A DNA stretch of 20,000 nucleotides from Catajapyx aquilonaris. Taxonomy: Eukaryota. Below the pieces are notes generated by a model. The model did no database searches. It had not been told where the DNA came from and was given only the letters and a program-made list of their open reading frames with translations. This document shows, in pieces, positions 1-10,376 of the stretch (position 1 is the stretch's first letter; every line of letters starts with the position of its first letter). The stretch is taken from contig KZ538346.1 in NCBI GenBank assembly GCA_000934665.2, positions 60,748-80,747 of the forward strand, written 5' to 3'. The position numbers and the translations under genes were made by a program.

Positions 1-399
1 GCGAATTTTTTTTGGGGTTCGAGGTCACAACCCTTCCTTGCGACCCCAACTTTGGGGTCGCGACCGCAAAATGGAAAAGAACCCATAGAACAGTGCAATC
101 TTGCACCACTCGCTAATGAATTTGTCCCACTCGCTACTTTACCCGTCATTTCTTTAATAACTTTAACACGAATGAAGATATCAAAACGAAATTTGAACTG
201 AACTGGCCTCATTATGTGAGAAAGGAAATGGTATCACAACATGGGGTTGAAATGGCCACCATTTGCATCCAGGCAGACGTAAACCTGACGTTTCATATAT
301 GGAAGGTTCAGGCTAACATGTCCTGAGGCACTACCTGAATTTCTGGGATGGTGCTTTCTTTCAAGGGGTCAATGGTTCGTGGTTTGTTTCAGTACATAT

Positions 400-714
400 G
401 ACACACATCACATGTCGCCATGGCCAAAATTCAGTCCTTTTTTGGTGACCGAGTCATTTCATAGGGACTTTTGGTCACCATGGTAGCCCGATCTTGTGCC
501 ACCTGATTACTTCTTATGAACCTTTCTGAAAAGGTGAGTGTATCAAATCAAACAAACCACACTCCATCAACAACTTTAAAGAAATCTGCATCCAAGAAAT
601 TCAAGCAGTATCTCAGGACATGCTAGCCAGGACCTTCCAAAATGCCAAAATGTGGAGTGTCATGTTCAGGCCTGCCTGGACGCAATTGGTAGCCATTTCA
701 ACCACATGTTGTGA
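400..714 (+). pseudogene. Decayed Tc1/mariner (rosa/DD41D-like) transposase C-terminus
   Basis: With stops and frameshifts it reads MAKIQSFFGDRVIS*GL / WSPW*PDLVPPDYFL*TFLK / IQEIQAVSQDMLARTFQN / VQACLDA / HFNHML*, matching the WPPRSPDLTPxDFFLWGxLK...CIxxxGxHFEHLL family pattern. Confidence 0.75.
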
Positions 715-1173
715 CGCCGTTTCTTTTCTCACATAATGAGGTTAGTTCAGTTCAAATTTCTTTGCTATACCTTCGTTCATGTTAAAGTCATTAACCCAGA
801 TATGCCTGAAAGATTTTTTGTTTAAATTTTGGTTTTTGTTTGATTTTATTAGTTCATGATAGTCCCCATAACAACAAAAATGATAAAAAAAATTATGGAA
901 TGCTAGATTGTAAGAAAAGTGTCGTCTCCTATAGGGGACACTTGGCAAATGTAACATCTAGTATGGCTATACTGTATATATACAAGGAAAACGTAAGATA
1001 TAGGCTGCTGTATTGAAATAAAGATGAAAGTGTTTTTTTAATTAATTGAAAAAATTAGAGAAGGAATGTTATAGCTAAGACCCAATGTCCTATATATAGG
1101 ACATCTAAATTTGCAATAAGTGATTGCAACAAAAATATGAAATATTCTGAAAAATGGCTTCTACACCTCCACT

Positions 1174-1443
1174 CCGTTTATATCAGCCATCGGCTCTTTA
1201 GGGGGGAAGTTTGTTTTGGCTGGAACTCTTTGCTTTCATTTTACTATGCTCATTGGGATAGGATAGGGATGGAAGGAAGCGGCTGTGGCCTATTAATTAC
1301 GGAAGCAACTCCGGAATTTCCCTGGAAGGACCGTGGGAAACCACAGAAAACCACGGTCAGAGTTGCCGGCCCCAGGATTCGAACCCAGGACCTCCCGATT
1401 AGCAGTCGGACGCCTTATCCACTATGCCAACCTGCTTCGGTTA
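1174..1443 (-). mobile_element. tRNA-derived SINE
   Basis: Minus-strand A box TGGCATAGTGG (1419-1429) and B box GGTTCGAATCC (1375-1385); 13-bp TSD ctacacctccact at 1161-1173 and 1444-1456. Confidence 0.85.
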
Positions 1444-1601
1444 CTACACCTCCACTACAGAAGGTTCTTTCAAAGTATTACTAAATAATTGCACAAATGG
1501 CTTCTCGGGTCTCAGGAGGGTATAGCGGAAACTTGCTCATTGCGGAATTTTAGAGTCACTTGCTATTCAGATATGTACAGGTTTTGCTGTATATAAATAT
1601 A

Positions 1602-1808
1602 CAGTGAACCCTGTCCACAATGGACCCTGTGTATAATGGAAACTTGCCTATTTCGGATTTTTTCACGGTAACTGTCGTATGAAAATTACACAATTTTCGC
1701 TATATTCGACGCGGAAATCGTGTACTTTCCATACGCCCGTTACCAGAAAAATTCCCCAATAGGCAAGTTTCGGTTACGTTCAGGGTCCGTTATGGACAGG
1801 ATTCACGT
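1602..1808. mobile_element. pogo/Tc1-like MITE
   Basis: TA-cagtgaaccctgtccacaatggaccctg...ggaaacttgcctatt is inverted at aataggcaagtttc...cagggtccgttatggacaggattcac. Confidence 0.65.
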
Positions 1809-2176
1809 CTAGATATATATGTAGTGAAACCTGTCCATAACGTACCCGGAGCGTTACAAAAACTTGTCCACTGCGAAATTTTTCCGGGAACGGGCGTATG
1901 TATAGGACATAAATACCGTGTCGAATATAGCGGAAACGGCTGATATACCGTACTATGTATATCCGACATCGTTAAATGGTTCGCGCGCGATCCGCAACAA
2001 CAGCGCCACTTTTTTCCTCCGCCACTCTCTGCCCACAATGCTTTGCGCAGTTGCAGCGTTCACTTCCACTCTTTCCCGTTTGGTGCTGATAACTAGGAAA
2101 ATCGTAATTTTCAGCGGAAACTTGTCAATTACGATTTTCTAGGGCACCGTGCTATTCTGCTATACACAGGTTTCAC

Positions 2177-2345
2177 CAGTGGCAGATCTAGACGTCGTTG
2201 GTGGGGGGGGGGGGGTGATTTGTCGCCACGCTCCCNNNNNNNNNNNNNNNNNNNNNNNNNNNNNNNNNNNNNNNNNNNNNNNNNCTGGGGGGGGGGGGGG
2301 GGGGGGGGTGATCACCCCGATCACCCCCCCATAGATCCGCCACTG
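2177..2345. mobile_element. hAT-like MITE spanning an assembly gap
   Basis: TIR CAGTGGCAGATCTA / TAGATCCGCCACTG; 8-bp TSD ggtttcac (2169-2176) / ggcttcac (2346-2353); poly-G/C interior. Confidence 0.8.
2236..2284. other. Assembly gap (N run) between G/C homopolymers
   Basis: Run of n; there is also a single n at 8232 within a G run. Confidence 1.
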
Positions 2346-3230
2346 GGCTTCACTGTACCCAAATGAGAAAGTTTGTATGCATGATAATGTTTGATTGTAC
2401 ATGGCAATGGGTTACCAGCATAGCTACGATGGTTGCCATGGTAACCCAGTTGCCGGGTAACCCTCGTTTTAAAAATAGTGATTCATAAAAATTCAGTTCG
2501 ACAAAACGCACAAAATCCGGACACATACAGTAGCCTAGATTACCGGTGCTTGACTTGCCGGTCCATTTGTGGTGCATTTGCCGAGTGTCCCTCATAGGGG
2601 ATTTCAACGCCACCCTCAGACAAGGAAAGTAAAAAATATGCCTATATTTCCACATGAACATCATCATTCATAAGTTTTCTAAGTATTACCAACAAAAAAT
2701 AACTCACAATGCTAATCAACATTCGAGAATTAATTACTAATCGTCTTCGGAACGTGGAGGTGCAGCCATTATTTCCTGAGTTAAACTTCAAACACCTGTA
2801 TCTTAAAAATCTGTAGCAATATTGAGCAGGTTTGAACTTGTATAGTTAGCTGGGACTCTACTGAAGCCCCCATCACTACTGCCAGCTCTTTAGCAGAAGA
2901 AGAACCTGCGCAAAAAATTAAAATGTAACAACTGTGCAGGTGTCCCCTATAGGGGACACTCGGCATATCTGGGTTAAAGAAATGTTGTGTAAAGTGGCAA
3001 GTGGGACACTGTGAAAGATAGAATAATAACTCGGAAGAAGTGGTTGGAATATTGCAAATGCAATTCGTAAAAAATTGCGAATGGCCACAGTAATCACTTG
3101 GAATTAAATTTCAATTTGAATTTTTATACCAATGTACATTTTGCCCTATTTTCAGAGTTGCATTTTGTTAACTAAAACGGACATTTAATAATGTCTGATG
3201 CTCGGTCTGATGATTGCACAGTGATAATAG

Positions 3231-4919
3231 AGTCCGGATTTTTAGGCATGGAAAAACCTCAAATAGGCACAAAAATTTTACTTTTGTGGACGTATGGACA
3301 ATAATGTTACAGAAAATAAAAAAGCTAGACAAATTTTATAGGCTTAATGTATAAATATAAGGTCACAAACCAGAGCAAAAACCGAACTACAACAATAAAC
3401 TGATAGAAAATCACAAAATTTATGCAAAAGACACAAAGTGCAAGCAAGTATCATTTGCTTTGGACTCAACCGTTACAGCCCATTTCCATTGCACAGTATG
3501 TTACCAAATATTTTTCTAGATTTTCCTCTGATTGGAACCCCCTTCCTGCTCATACGCATCATGGCAACATAATTAGTATTACTTCTGAACGATTTTGGTT
3601 CTTTCAGTAGCACAAAAAAACTTCTCAAAAAAACCAAACATGTCTCTGAAGGAATAGGTCCGGAATAGGCCCAAAAAGTCCCAAAATTGCTTCAAAAAGT
3701 CCAAAAACCATCCCAAAAAAGGCCATATAGTCGTGAAAAGTCACAAGGCCACAATAGGCAAAATATTTCCCTAAACCACGGAGTAGGCAATTTTAGGCAC
3801 TATAAAACCCACAGTTTCCACTTCCTGCACCTATGAAACTGATAGATCTCTTCACAAAACCATCCCAACTGTAAAGGAACTACTATCCGTTTATTTAATA
3901 TAGAGCCCTGTGTTTGACTCGAAACAACTCCCAGGGAAATTATCCAAAAAAATAATGGTATGTATCGTTAGAAATCTTGTTTAAATCCACGTTACATATA
4001 TGCGAGTTGTTTTCCTATTGTCAGTCTCTAATTTTTTATCGTAAAAAGAAGGCGGAAAAGTGTCATTTTTTGACTAGTTGCCGACGTTACACCGCAAAGG
4101 GAATTTTTATGACACTTTCAGGAGGCCAAAAAAATCCACCTGTGAACCCTGGAAAGTGCACATCTTTGTCTATCTATCTAATGATATATTTCAAACATTG
4201 AGATCGCCATTTGTGTAATCATAATTAAGTTAATTGCACACCTCTGTTATCTGAGCTGTTTATAATCCAAATTACTTCGCGAATGTATCGACAGCAAACC
4301 AGAAATGTCCGTGATAAGATTACACCGTGCTCTATTACACTAAATTTTTTAAAAGTATCGCCGTCTATTCCCGCCAGAAAGCGGGCTGGGTGCTTTTCTA
4401 TTAAACTTACTAAAACAATACTTTTAAAATTTTTAGTGTAATAGAGCACAATGTAATCTTATCACGCACATTTCTGGTTTGCCATCGATACATTCGCGAA
4501 GTAATTCGGATTATAAACAGTCGCGATAACAGAGGTGTGCAATTAACTTAATTATGATTACACAAATGGTGATCTCAATGTTTCAAATATATCATTAGAT
4601 AGACAAAGATGTGCACTATCCAGAGTTCACAGGTGGATTTTTTTGGCCTCCTGAAAGTGTCATAAAAAATTCACTTTGCGGTGTAACATCGGCAACTAGT
4701 CAAAAAATGACACTTTTCCGCCTTCTTTTTACGATAAAAAATTAGAGGCTGACGATAGGAAAACAACTCCCATATATGTAACGTGGATTTAAACCAGCTT
4801 TCTAACGATACATTCCATAATTTTTTGGATAATTTGCCTGGGAGTTGTTTCGAGTCAAACACAGGGCTCTACATTAAATAAACGGATAGTAAATAGGCAT
4901 TTGTCTAAAAATCCGGACT
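3231..4919. mobile_element. Unclassified TIR element with repeated (aa)taggc motifs, host of the 1-kb palindrome
   Basis: agtccggatttttaggca (3231) is inverted at tgtctaaaaatccggact (ending 4919); many taggc motifs at 3243-3800 and 4894; no clear TSD. Confidence 0.6.
3883..4889. mobile_element. ~1-kb fold-back element with TA TSD
   Basis: TA-ctatccgtttatttaat...attaaataaacggatag-TA; arms ~3883-4360 and ~4416-4889 are highly similar reverse complements, spacer ~55 bp. ORFs 3977+ and 4671- are mirror images. Confidence 0.9.
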
Positions 4920-5125
4920 TCGGCAAAATTGGTCAGGCATCTCATTGGTACTTTCTCTACTTTAAAAAATTGCAATTTTTTACTCTTGTCGGTACTGCCA
5001 AAAAATACAGAAATTTCACTACATTGTGTCAGAAATATTTAGGTCTTCCATAAGAAATTTTATTTACTGGTGTTTCAGCATATGTTACAGCTTTTCCACT
5101 AATGTTAATTTTATATGCCTTCCAG

Positions 5126-5622
5126 GCTGTGGTTCCACTAACTGTAGGTAAAACGCGAGGACGTCAATGGTCCTTAGCAGATGGTGACTACAACCACAAC
5201 GACTCTTCAAGTAGGCTTGGAGATAAAGCCATTTGCCTTCAAGTACATGGAGATGCAGCTGCGATGGGGCAAGGGGTCATTCCAGAGACCCTTTCCATGG
5301 CCACTGTTCCTCACTTTGAAGTTGGAGGTTCCTTTCATCTAGTAGTGAACAACCAACTAGGATTCACCACACCAGCAGAGAGGGGGAGGTCTTCCAGATA
5401 TGCATCAGATGTGGCAATGATGATTTCAGCTCCCGTTCTGCATGTGAATGGAGACTATCCAGAAGAGGTGGTGAAGGCAACTAGGATTGCAGTGGAATAT
5501 CAACGGAGGTTTAGGAAGGATGTGTTTGTTGACATCAATTGCTTCAGGAGGTGGGGTCACAATGAGCTCGATGATCCTACCTTCACCAATCCATCTGTAT
5601 ATAAGATCATACACAATAGAAG
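5126..5622 (+). CDS. DHTKD1: DHTKD1 (2-oxoadipate dehydrogenase E1) internal exon, ThDP-binding region
   Basis: Acceptor ttccag|GCT at 5126; translates [14 protein letters not shown]...[12 protein letters not shown]...[18 protein letters not shown]...[10 protein letters not shown]...[16 protein letters not shown]; donor AG|gtcagt after 5622 (phase 2). GDx...NN ThDP motif; PAERGRSS and WGHNELD are DHTKD1-like rather than OGDH-like. Confidence 0.95.
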
Positions 5623-6819
5623 GTCAGTTGGCTTGTTTTGTGGAGCATCACCTGGAATCATGTGACTTGTAATGCAGGATTAAGTCAAGTGAAAGTGAGC
5701 CAGTCCACTGTAAATTGTAGTGAATACACTGAGGAACAAAAAAATCTATGATTTTGGTAAGGTCTCACCTGCTCATAGACTGATTGCCATCCGTTGACAT
5801 CACAGTGAGAGTAGAACCAGTATGTACTGTATTACAACACAAAACTCTCACTGAATCATTTCAGGTCCAACCACCATAAGAACAGGAGACAGCAGTGTCT
5901 CAACATTCTTGGGGAGTGTACTTGAATGAATATTGCACTCCAAAGCAGTGCCTTGCATATATTCAGCACCTGTGGTTCTTTTACATGCAGAAAATTGCTA
6001 ATTTGTGAATTTCAAATGCAGATTCTTGCAATACTAGGATAGATAGGACAAAACTAAGTTTCACATTTTCATCTAACATTATTAGGAACAACATTTGCTA
6101 AAAATTGTGGCAATTCATGGCAAAAGTGACCTTGTAACACATTGTTTCATCCAAGGATTGATGAAAACTTAACAAGGCCATAAGTTATTGTTCCTCACTT
6201 TATTTACAACCATGTCTATACTGTATACTAGGCTTGCTTTCTTTCATGTGACTGATCCATGGACAGGGTTTACTTTTTTTTTTTTTCCAATTCAGTATTG
6301 TTGACATAGGGTTAAGCAGATGTCCAAGAATAGTTAGCAACTTATGACAACGATTTGCTCATATTTTTGTGACTTATGATTATGATGAAAAGGGAGATAA
6401 AACCAGCAATCACATAACACCTGGATTGACAGAGAGTACAGTGAAAAACACATATTGCATTGTTTTTGAATACGGCTTCTAAAACGGCAATGAGAGAGGA
6501 GAGGGGGGAGATCGGGGATATCATTTATATTGTTTTTATCATCATTATTGTTTCCTAACAGTGCTTGTGACTCCTGATACTTTGAATTAGTTCCATGTAT
6601 GTTTGTGACTTATATCAGGTCAAGATGTGAGTATTCCGATGATGGTGGGATATACAAAAGTATTAGTGTATAACTACCTCAGGCTGCCTCAGTTTAATTG
6701 TTAGATGCATTCTCTTTGCAACACGACCGTTCTGTCACAGGTGGAAATAAAGGCAGGGTGGAGTGGGTGTTGGGTTGGGGAGAGGTGATGGTATTATGCC
6801 AACAGTGGCATTGGATGTA

Positions 6820-7219
6820 CAGTACCTTGCATTAATGGCCATGCACAGACATTGCCACCTGTCCAAGAACGAGCGGAATTAGGCATCTGTGGGCTGCGTC
6901 CAAAATACTTGGCCAGCTCAAGATATCGCGGTTGATTCAAACACTTGCTACAAAGATGGATCACAGCAGATCACAGATATATCTGTAGGATGAATTATAA
7001 GGCCATTGTGATTCCTATCAATGTATTGAGGTTGTGAACCAGTTATTACACGTACCACGTGAATGCCTGTTAATCCACCGCGATATCTTGAGCCGTCTAG
7101 AGCGTTCTCGTGAGCAGTCTTGGTGATCAAAGTATTTTGGTCACAGCCCACCGACGCCTAGTTCCGCTCAATCCCGCCAGGTGGCGATGTCTGTGCATGG
7201 CCATTAATGCTGGGTACTG
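6820..7219. mobile_element. Tc1/mariner-type MITE, 400 bp
   Basis: TA-cagtaccttgcattaatggccatgcacagacattgccacctg ... caggtggcgatgtctgtgcatggccattaatgctgggtactg-TA; inverted similarity extends to gctcaagatatcgcggt. Confidence 0.85.
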
Positions 7220-7549
7220 TACAATACAATAAGCCAAATATTGTGGTCACTTCTCAATAACAAATGCAAGTGAAAGTAGTCATGACAATATTTGTCCAAT
7301 AGCACATGCACCCCAGGGGCCTGATATATTTTTAAAACTTTGCAATTGTGTGTGCATAAAAATTCAGAAAGCATTCATTGTAGATGACCAATTTGTTGAG
7401 GAATGCGGAGTGCCTCAACAAAAATGTACATAATGTCATTGTTTTTAATGCTCTTAAATGGTCAAAATTGGTGATGAAGGGGTATAGGTATATCCTGCAG
7501 CAAGAAGTGAAAAAAATGCAATTGTATTTTATTTATTTTCTTGCTGCAG

Positions 7550-7597
7550 TTTCAAGTTACACTGGCAGTTAAATTTAATTGCCAGTGTAACTTGAAA
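7550..7597. repeat. 48-bp near-perfect palindrome
   Basis: tttcaagttacactggca-gttaaatttaat-tgccagtgtaacttgaaa; 18-bp perfect arms. Confidence 0.95.
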
Positions 7598-7828
7598 TTA
7601 ATGTAATGGTTGTGCCAGGACCCAGGAATGCTGATAGTAAAGTTCATCCCCTCTCTTTACTCAAAATTATGGACCAAAGTTGAAATTGAAATAGTGGTAA
7701 CGTGTAGTATGGCTCAAAAAGGTATCGTGTATGTGATTATTACCAGATATCATATTAACAGTTTGTGCTTCAATTTTGGTTTACACTATTATAGTATCAT
7801 GGGAATCAAAGTAATTTTGATTTTTTAG

Positions 7829-7964
7829 GAGTATCCCCGATTCATATGCTGATTCCATAATATCAGATGGTATTGCAACAAAGGAAGAACTGAGTGAGGC
7901 CACAAGAACTCACATGGCATACTTGAATGACCATTTTCAGCAGTTGGACACATATAAGCCTATC
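7829..7964 (+). CDS. DHTKD1: DHTKD1 internal exon
   Basis: ttttttag|G completes the split Arg codon; (R)SIPDSYADSIISDGIATKEELSEATRTHMAYLNDHFQQLDTYKPI; donor gtaagt at 7965. Confidence 0.92.
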
Positions 7965-8022
7965 GTAAGTCAATATTTATTGATCTTCTTGTGCTTACTG
8001 TATGATTCGTTCCATATCTTAG

Positions 8023-8154
8023 GCTACAACACTGAAAAAACATTGGTCAGGAATGACCATTCCTGCTGCTGCTATAACAACTTGGGACACTGGCCTGGAC
8101 CCGCAGCTTCTTCACTACATTGGAGCCAAGTCTGTGTCATATCCACCTGAATTT
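8023..8154 (+). CDS. DHTKD1: DHTKD1 internal exon (absent from the ORF track)
   Basis: cttag|GCT; ATTLKKHWSGMTIPAAAITTWDTGLDPQLLHYIGAKSVSYPPEF (44 codons; HW.G...ITTW.TG...LL..G.KSV pattern); donor gtaagt at 8155; follows a 58-nt intron. Confidence 0.92.
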
Positions 8155-8164
8155 GTAAGTTGAC

Positions 8165-8816
8165 TTACTCACGTGAAAATGGGAGTTCGCAAAGTCGTCA
8201 GAGCTGAAGGTGCGGGGGGGGGGGGGGGGGGNGGGTAGTAGTGGGAGGGGACAGTGCTGTGTGGCAACGCCATGGGGACTGCGTAGCGCGGGAGGAAGGA
8301 GGTGTGCCGGGTCACCTGGAGAGGGAGAGTTAAATGCCATTATTGTTGCTATTCCAAGCTGGGTGCATGGCAAGGCCACAATAATATTCATTGGTCTGCA
8401 GCTCACAGTAAGGACTGTATTGTTGATGGATTCAACCCACAATAGGCCCCTTGCTTACTTTCACTTTCATTTAACTAAAAACATCACGCAAGACCACATA
8501 CGGTGCTTGGCATGGCCACAACAAAGGACAGTACTGGTGCTTCAGTAAAAGCCATACAGCAACACAAAAACAAGAGTTCCTTGTTGTACATGGTGAGGTC
8601 CATGTCGTCGGCCCCGTTCACCTCTGGTGTGCGCTCCCAGCCTGCTTTGGAGCTCCCCTCCCCCACTACCCGAAGACCCTCTCCCACCTCCCTGCTTTCC
8701 TTTCCCCCCCCCGTCACACACACCGTTCCTGCAGCATTGCCACACAGCTCCCACTACTACCCCCCAGTCACTTCTTCTCTGACAGCCATGCGAACTATTT
8801 TTATGTAGACATCCTG
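8165..8816. mobile_element. Degenerate TIR element with G-rich/C-rich arms
   Basis: agttcgca..gtcagag..gggtagtagtgggag..gctgtgtggcaacgc is inverted at gcattgccacacagctcccactactacccc..ctctgac..tgcgaact; ends approximate. Confidence 0.55.
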
Positions 8817-9052
8817 TTAAATTGGAGAGGGTAGCTCCAGATAATTAATTTTGAACAGAAAGAAAAGATAGGGCCTACTGTGTATTTAGGCCATTAAAAT
8901 TTTTCAAACAAAGGTGAAATCTAACATGCATGGAATCTGATGATGTGGCATTTTTCAGGTCATATGAATCTAACTAATGTCCAACAATGAGTATAGTGCA
9001 ATAGGCTGTGTTTGTAGCTATTATGGCTGGTAGTGCTTGAAATGCATACTTA

Positions 9053-10273
9053 CAAGGGAAGGCCGCGACCTCGGGTCAACGGAATTGGCCAAAAATCGCT
9101 TAGTGGGTAAATCACATGCATAGAATTCACTGGTGAACGTAAAAAGATGCAGTATGCAGCCATTTCCGAGATATGAGCGACGACAGATCCCTCGTGCTCA
9201 ATATAGCGCGTCCGCTTCGTAATCCAAGAGTCCCCGCTTTCTGTCTCTTTTTTTGTTCCTGTCCCCCTCCCCTCTTTTTCTAAGGTGTTTGCCTGTTTTT
9301 GATTTTGGCTTCACGTTCTGATGAATTTCAGTGTCCTTTGGCACATTCGCTTTAGTTTAATTACTGCAATAATCTCATCACACGAGATGAGCAATAAAGA
9401 GTGGATCCTCATCCCCTTTTTCATATGATGTGCTTTTCTCGGCGAGTACGGGGCCTCTTATGGACTGCGTAAAACACTGTCACATTACCTGAAGGCTTGT
9501 ACAGTACCTACCCCTGCGTATGAAAACTGCATAAAGTGGAAAACCGAATGCAAATAATTACATAGCAATTTCTTGATGCTCAACAGTGTAAAACTTCATG
9601 CTTGTGACTGTATGCTGTCAGTTATGTGCAAAATCGTCTACATCTTTTTGAGCTATAAAAGTACATAAAGGAGATAAAGTATTGTTAGTGCCCGTCTTTT
9701 GCAAATTTTGGTCACACATAACTGACGACATGCAGTCACAAGAATGAAGTTTTACATTGTTGAGCATCAAGAAATCGCTATGCAATTATTTGCATTCGGT
9801 TTTCCACTTCATGCAGTTTTTCATACACAGGGGTAAGAACTGTACAAGCCTTCAGGTAATGTGACTGTTTTAACGCAGTCCGTAAGAGACCCCCTACTCG
9901 GCGAGAAAAGCACATCATATGAAAAAAGGGGATGAGGATCAACTCTTTATTGCCGGTCTCTTGTGTTGAGATTATTGCAGTAATTACACGATAGTGCATG
10001 TGCCAAAGGACGCTGAAATTCATCAAAACAAAAACAGATAAAGAAGTTAGGAAAAGAGGGGAGGGGGAAGGGGACAAAAAGAGAGAGAAAACTGGGACTG
10101 TTGGATTACGAGGCGGATGCGCTATTAAGTGTGCGGGATCTGTCGTTACTCATATCTCGGAAATGGCTGCGTAGTGCATCTTTTTACGTTCACCAGTGAA
10201 TTCTACGCATGCGATTTACCCACTGAGTGATTTTTAGCCAATTCCGTTGACTCAAGGTCTTGGGCTTCCCTTG
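9053..10273. mobile_element. ~1.2-kb fold-back element, unclassified
   Basis: caagggaag...cttcccttg; arms ~9053-9628 and ~9715-10273 are reverse complements along their length; spacer ~85 bp. Confidence 0.88.
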
Positions 10274-10376
10274 ATAGTGTGGTTTTACTAATGATTTGCA
10301 TATCATTTCAAGAATGATATAATGGCTGCAGGCTACATAAGTATGTATGCAATCCACAATTTTTAAAGGCAATATA

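Larger units (their letters stand above)
1822..2355. mobile_element. Related pogo/Tc1-like MITE interrupted by a hAT-like MITE
   Basis: Left end tagtgaaacctgtccata; right end tatacacaggtttcac[insertion]tg-TA, restored when 2177-2353 is removed. Confidence 0.65.
795..2973. mobile_element. Non-autonomous piggyBac-like element
   Basis: TTAA at 791-794 and 2974-2977; terminal inverted repeat CCCAGATATGCC...GGCATATCTGGG; internal palindromic repeats related to tgtcccctataggggacact(c/t)ggca near 925, 2580 and 2941. Confidence 0.85.
123..3011. mobile_element. Fold-back element derived from the 3' end of a Tc1/mariner transposon; right arm interrupted by a piggyBac-like insertion
   Basis: Arm ~123-400 is the reverse complement of ~535-794 plus 2974-3011 (e.g. 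tgtcccactcgctactttac / gtaaagtggcaagtgggaca). Contains a transposase remnant. Confidence 0.8.

Noticed and set aside
1..96. Hairpin gcgaccccaactttggggtcgc, perhaps a hAT-MITE end
   Set aside because: Truncated by the window edge, so no partner TIR or TSD can be checked.
1370..1443. Possible tRNA gene on the minus strand (GCT anticodon-like loop)
   Set aside because: No proper acceptor stem or Ser-type variable arm, and it continues into a body flanked by TSDs, so it is a SINE head.
1137..1484. 115-aa ORF
   Set aside because: It is antisense read-through of the SINE.
5102..5665. Stand-alone 187-aa gene, or assignment to OGDH/sucA
   Set aside because: Both ORF ends are intronic, with splice sites at 5126 and 5622, and the diagnostic motifs fit DHTKD1 better.
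8137..8808. Several Gly/Pro/Ser-rich ORFs
   Set aside because: Low-complexity translation of G/C runs in a degenerate repeat.
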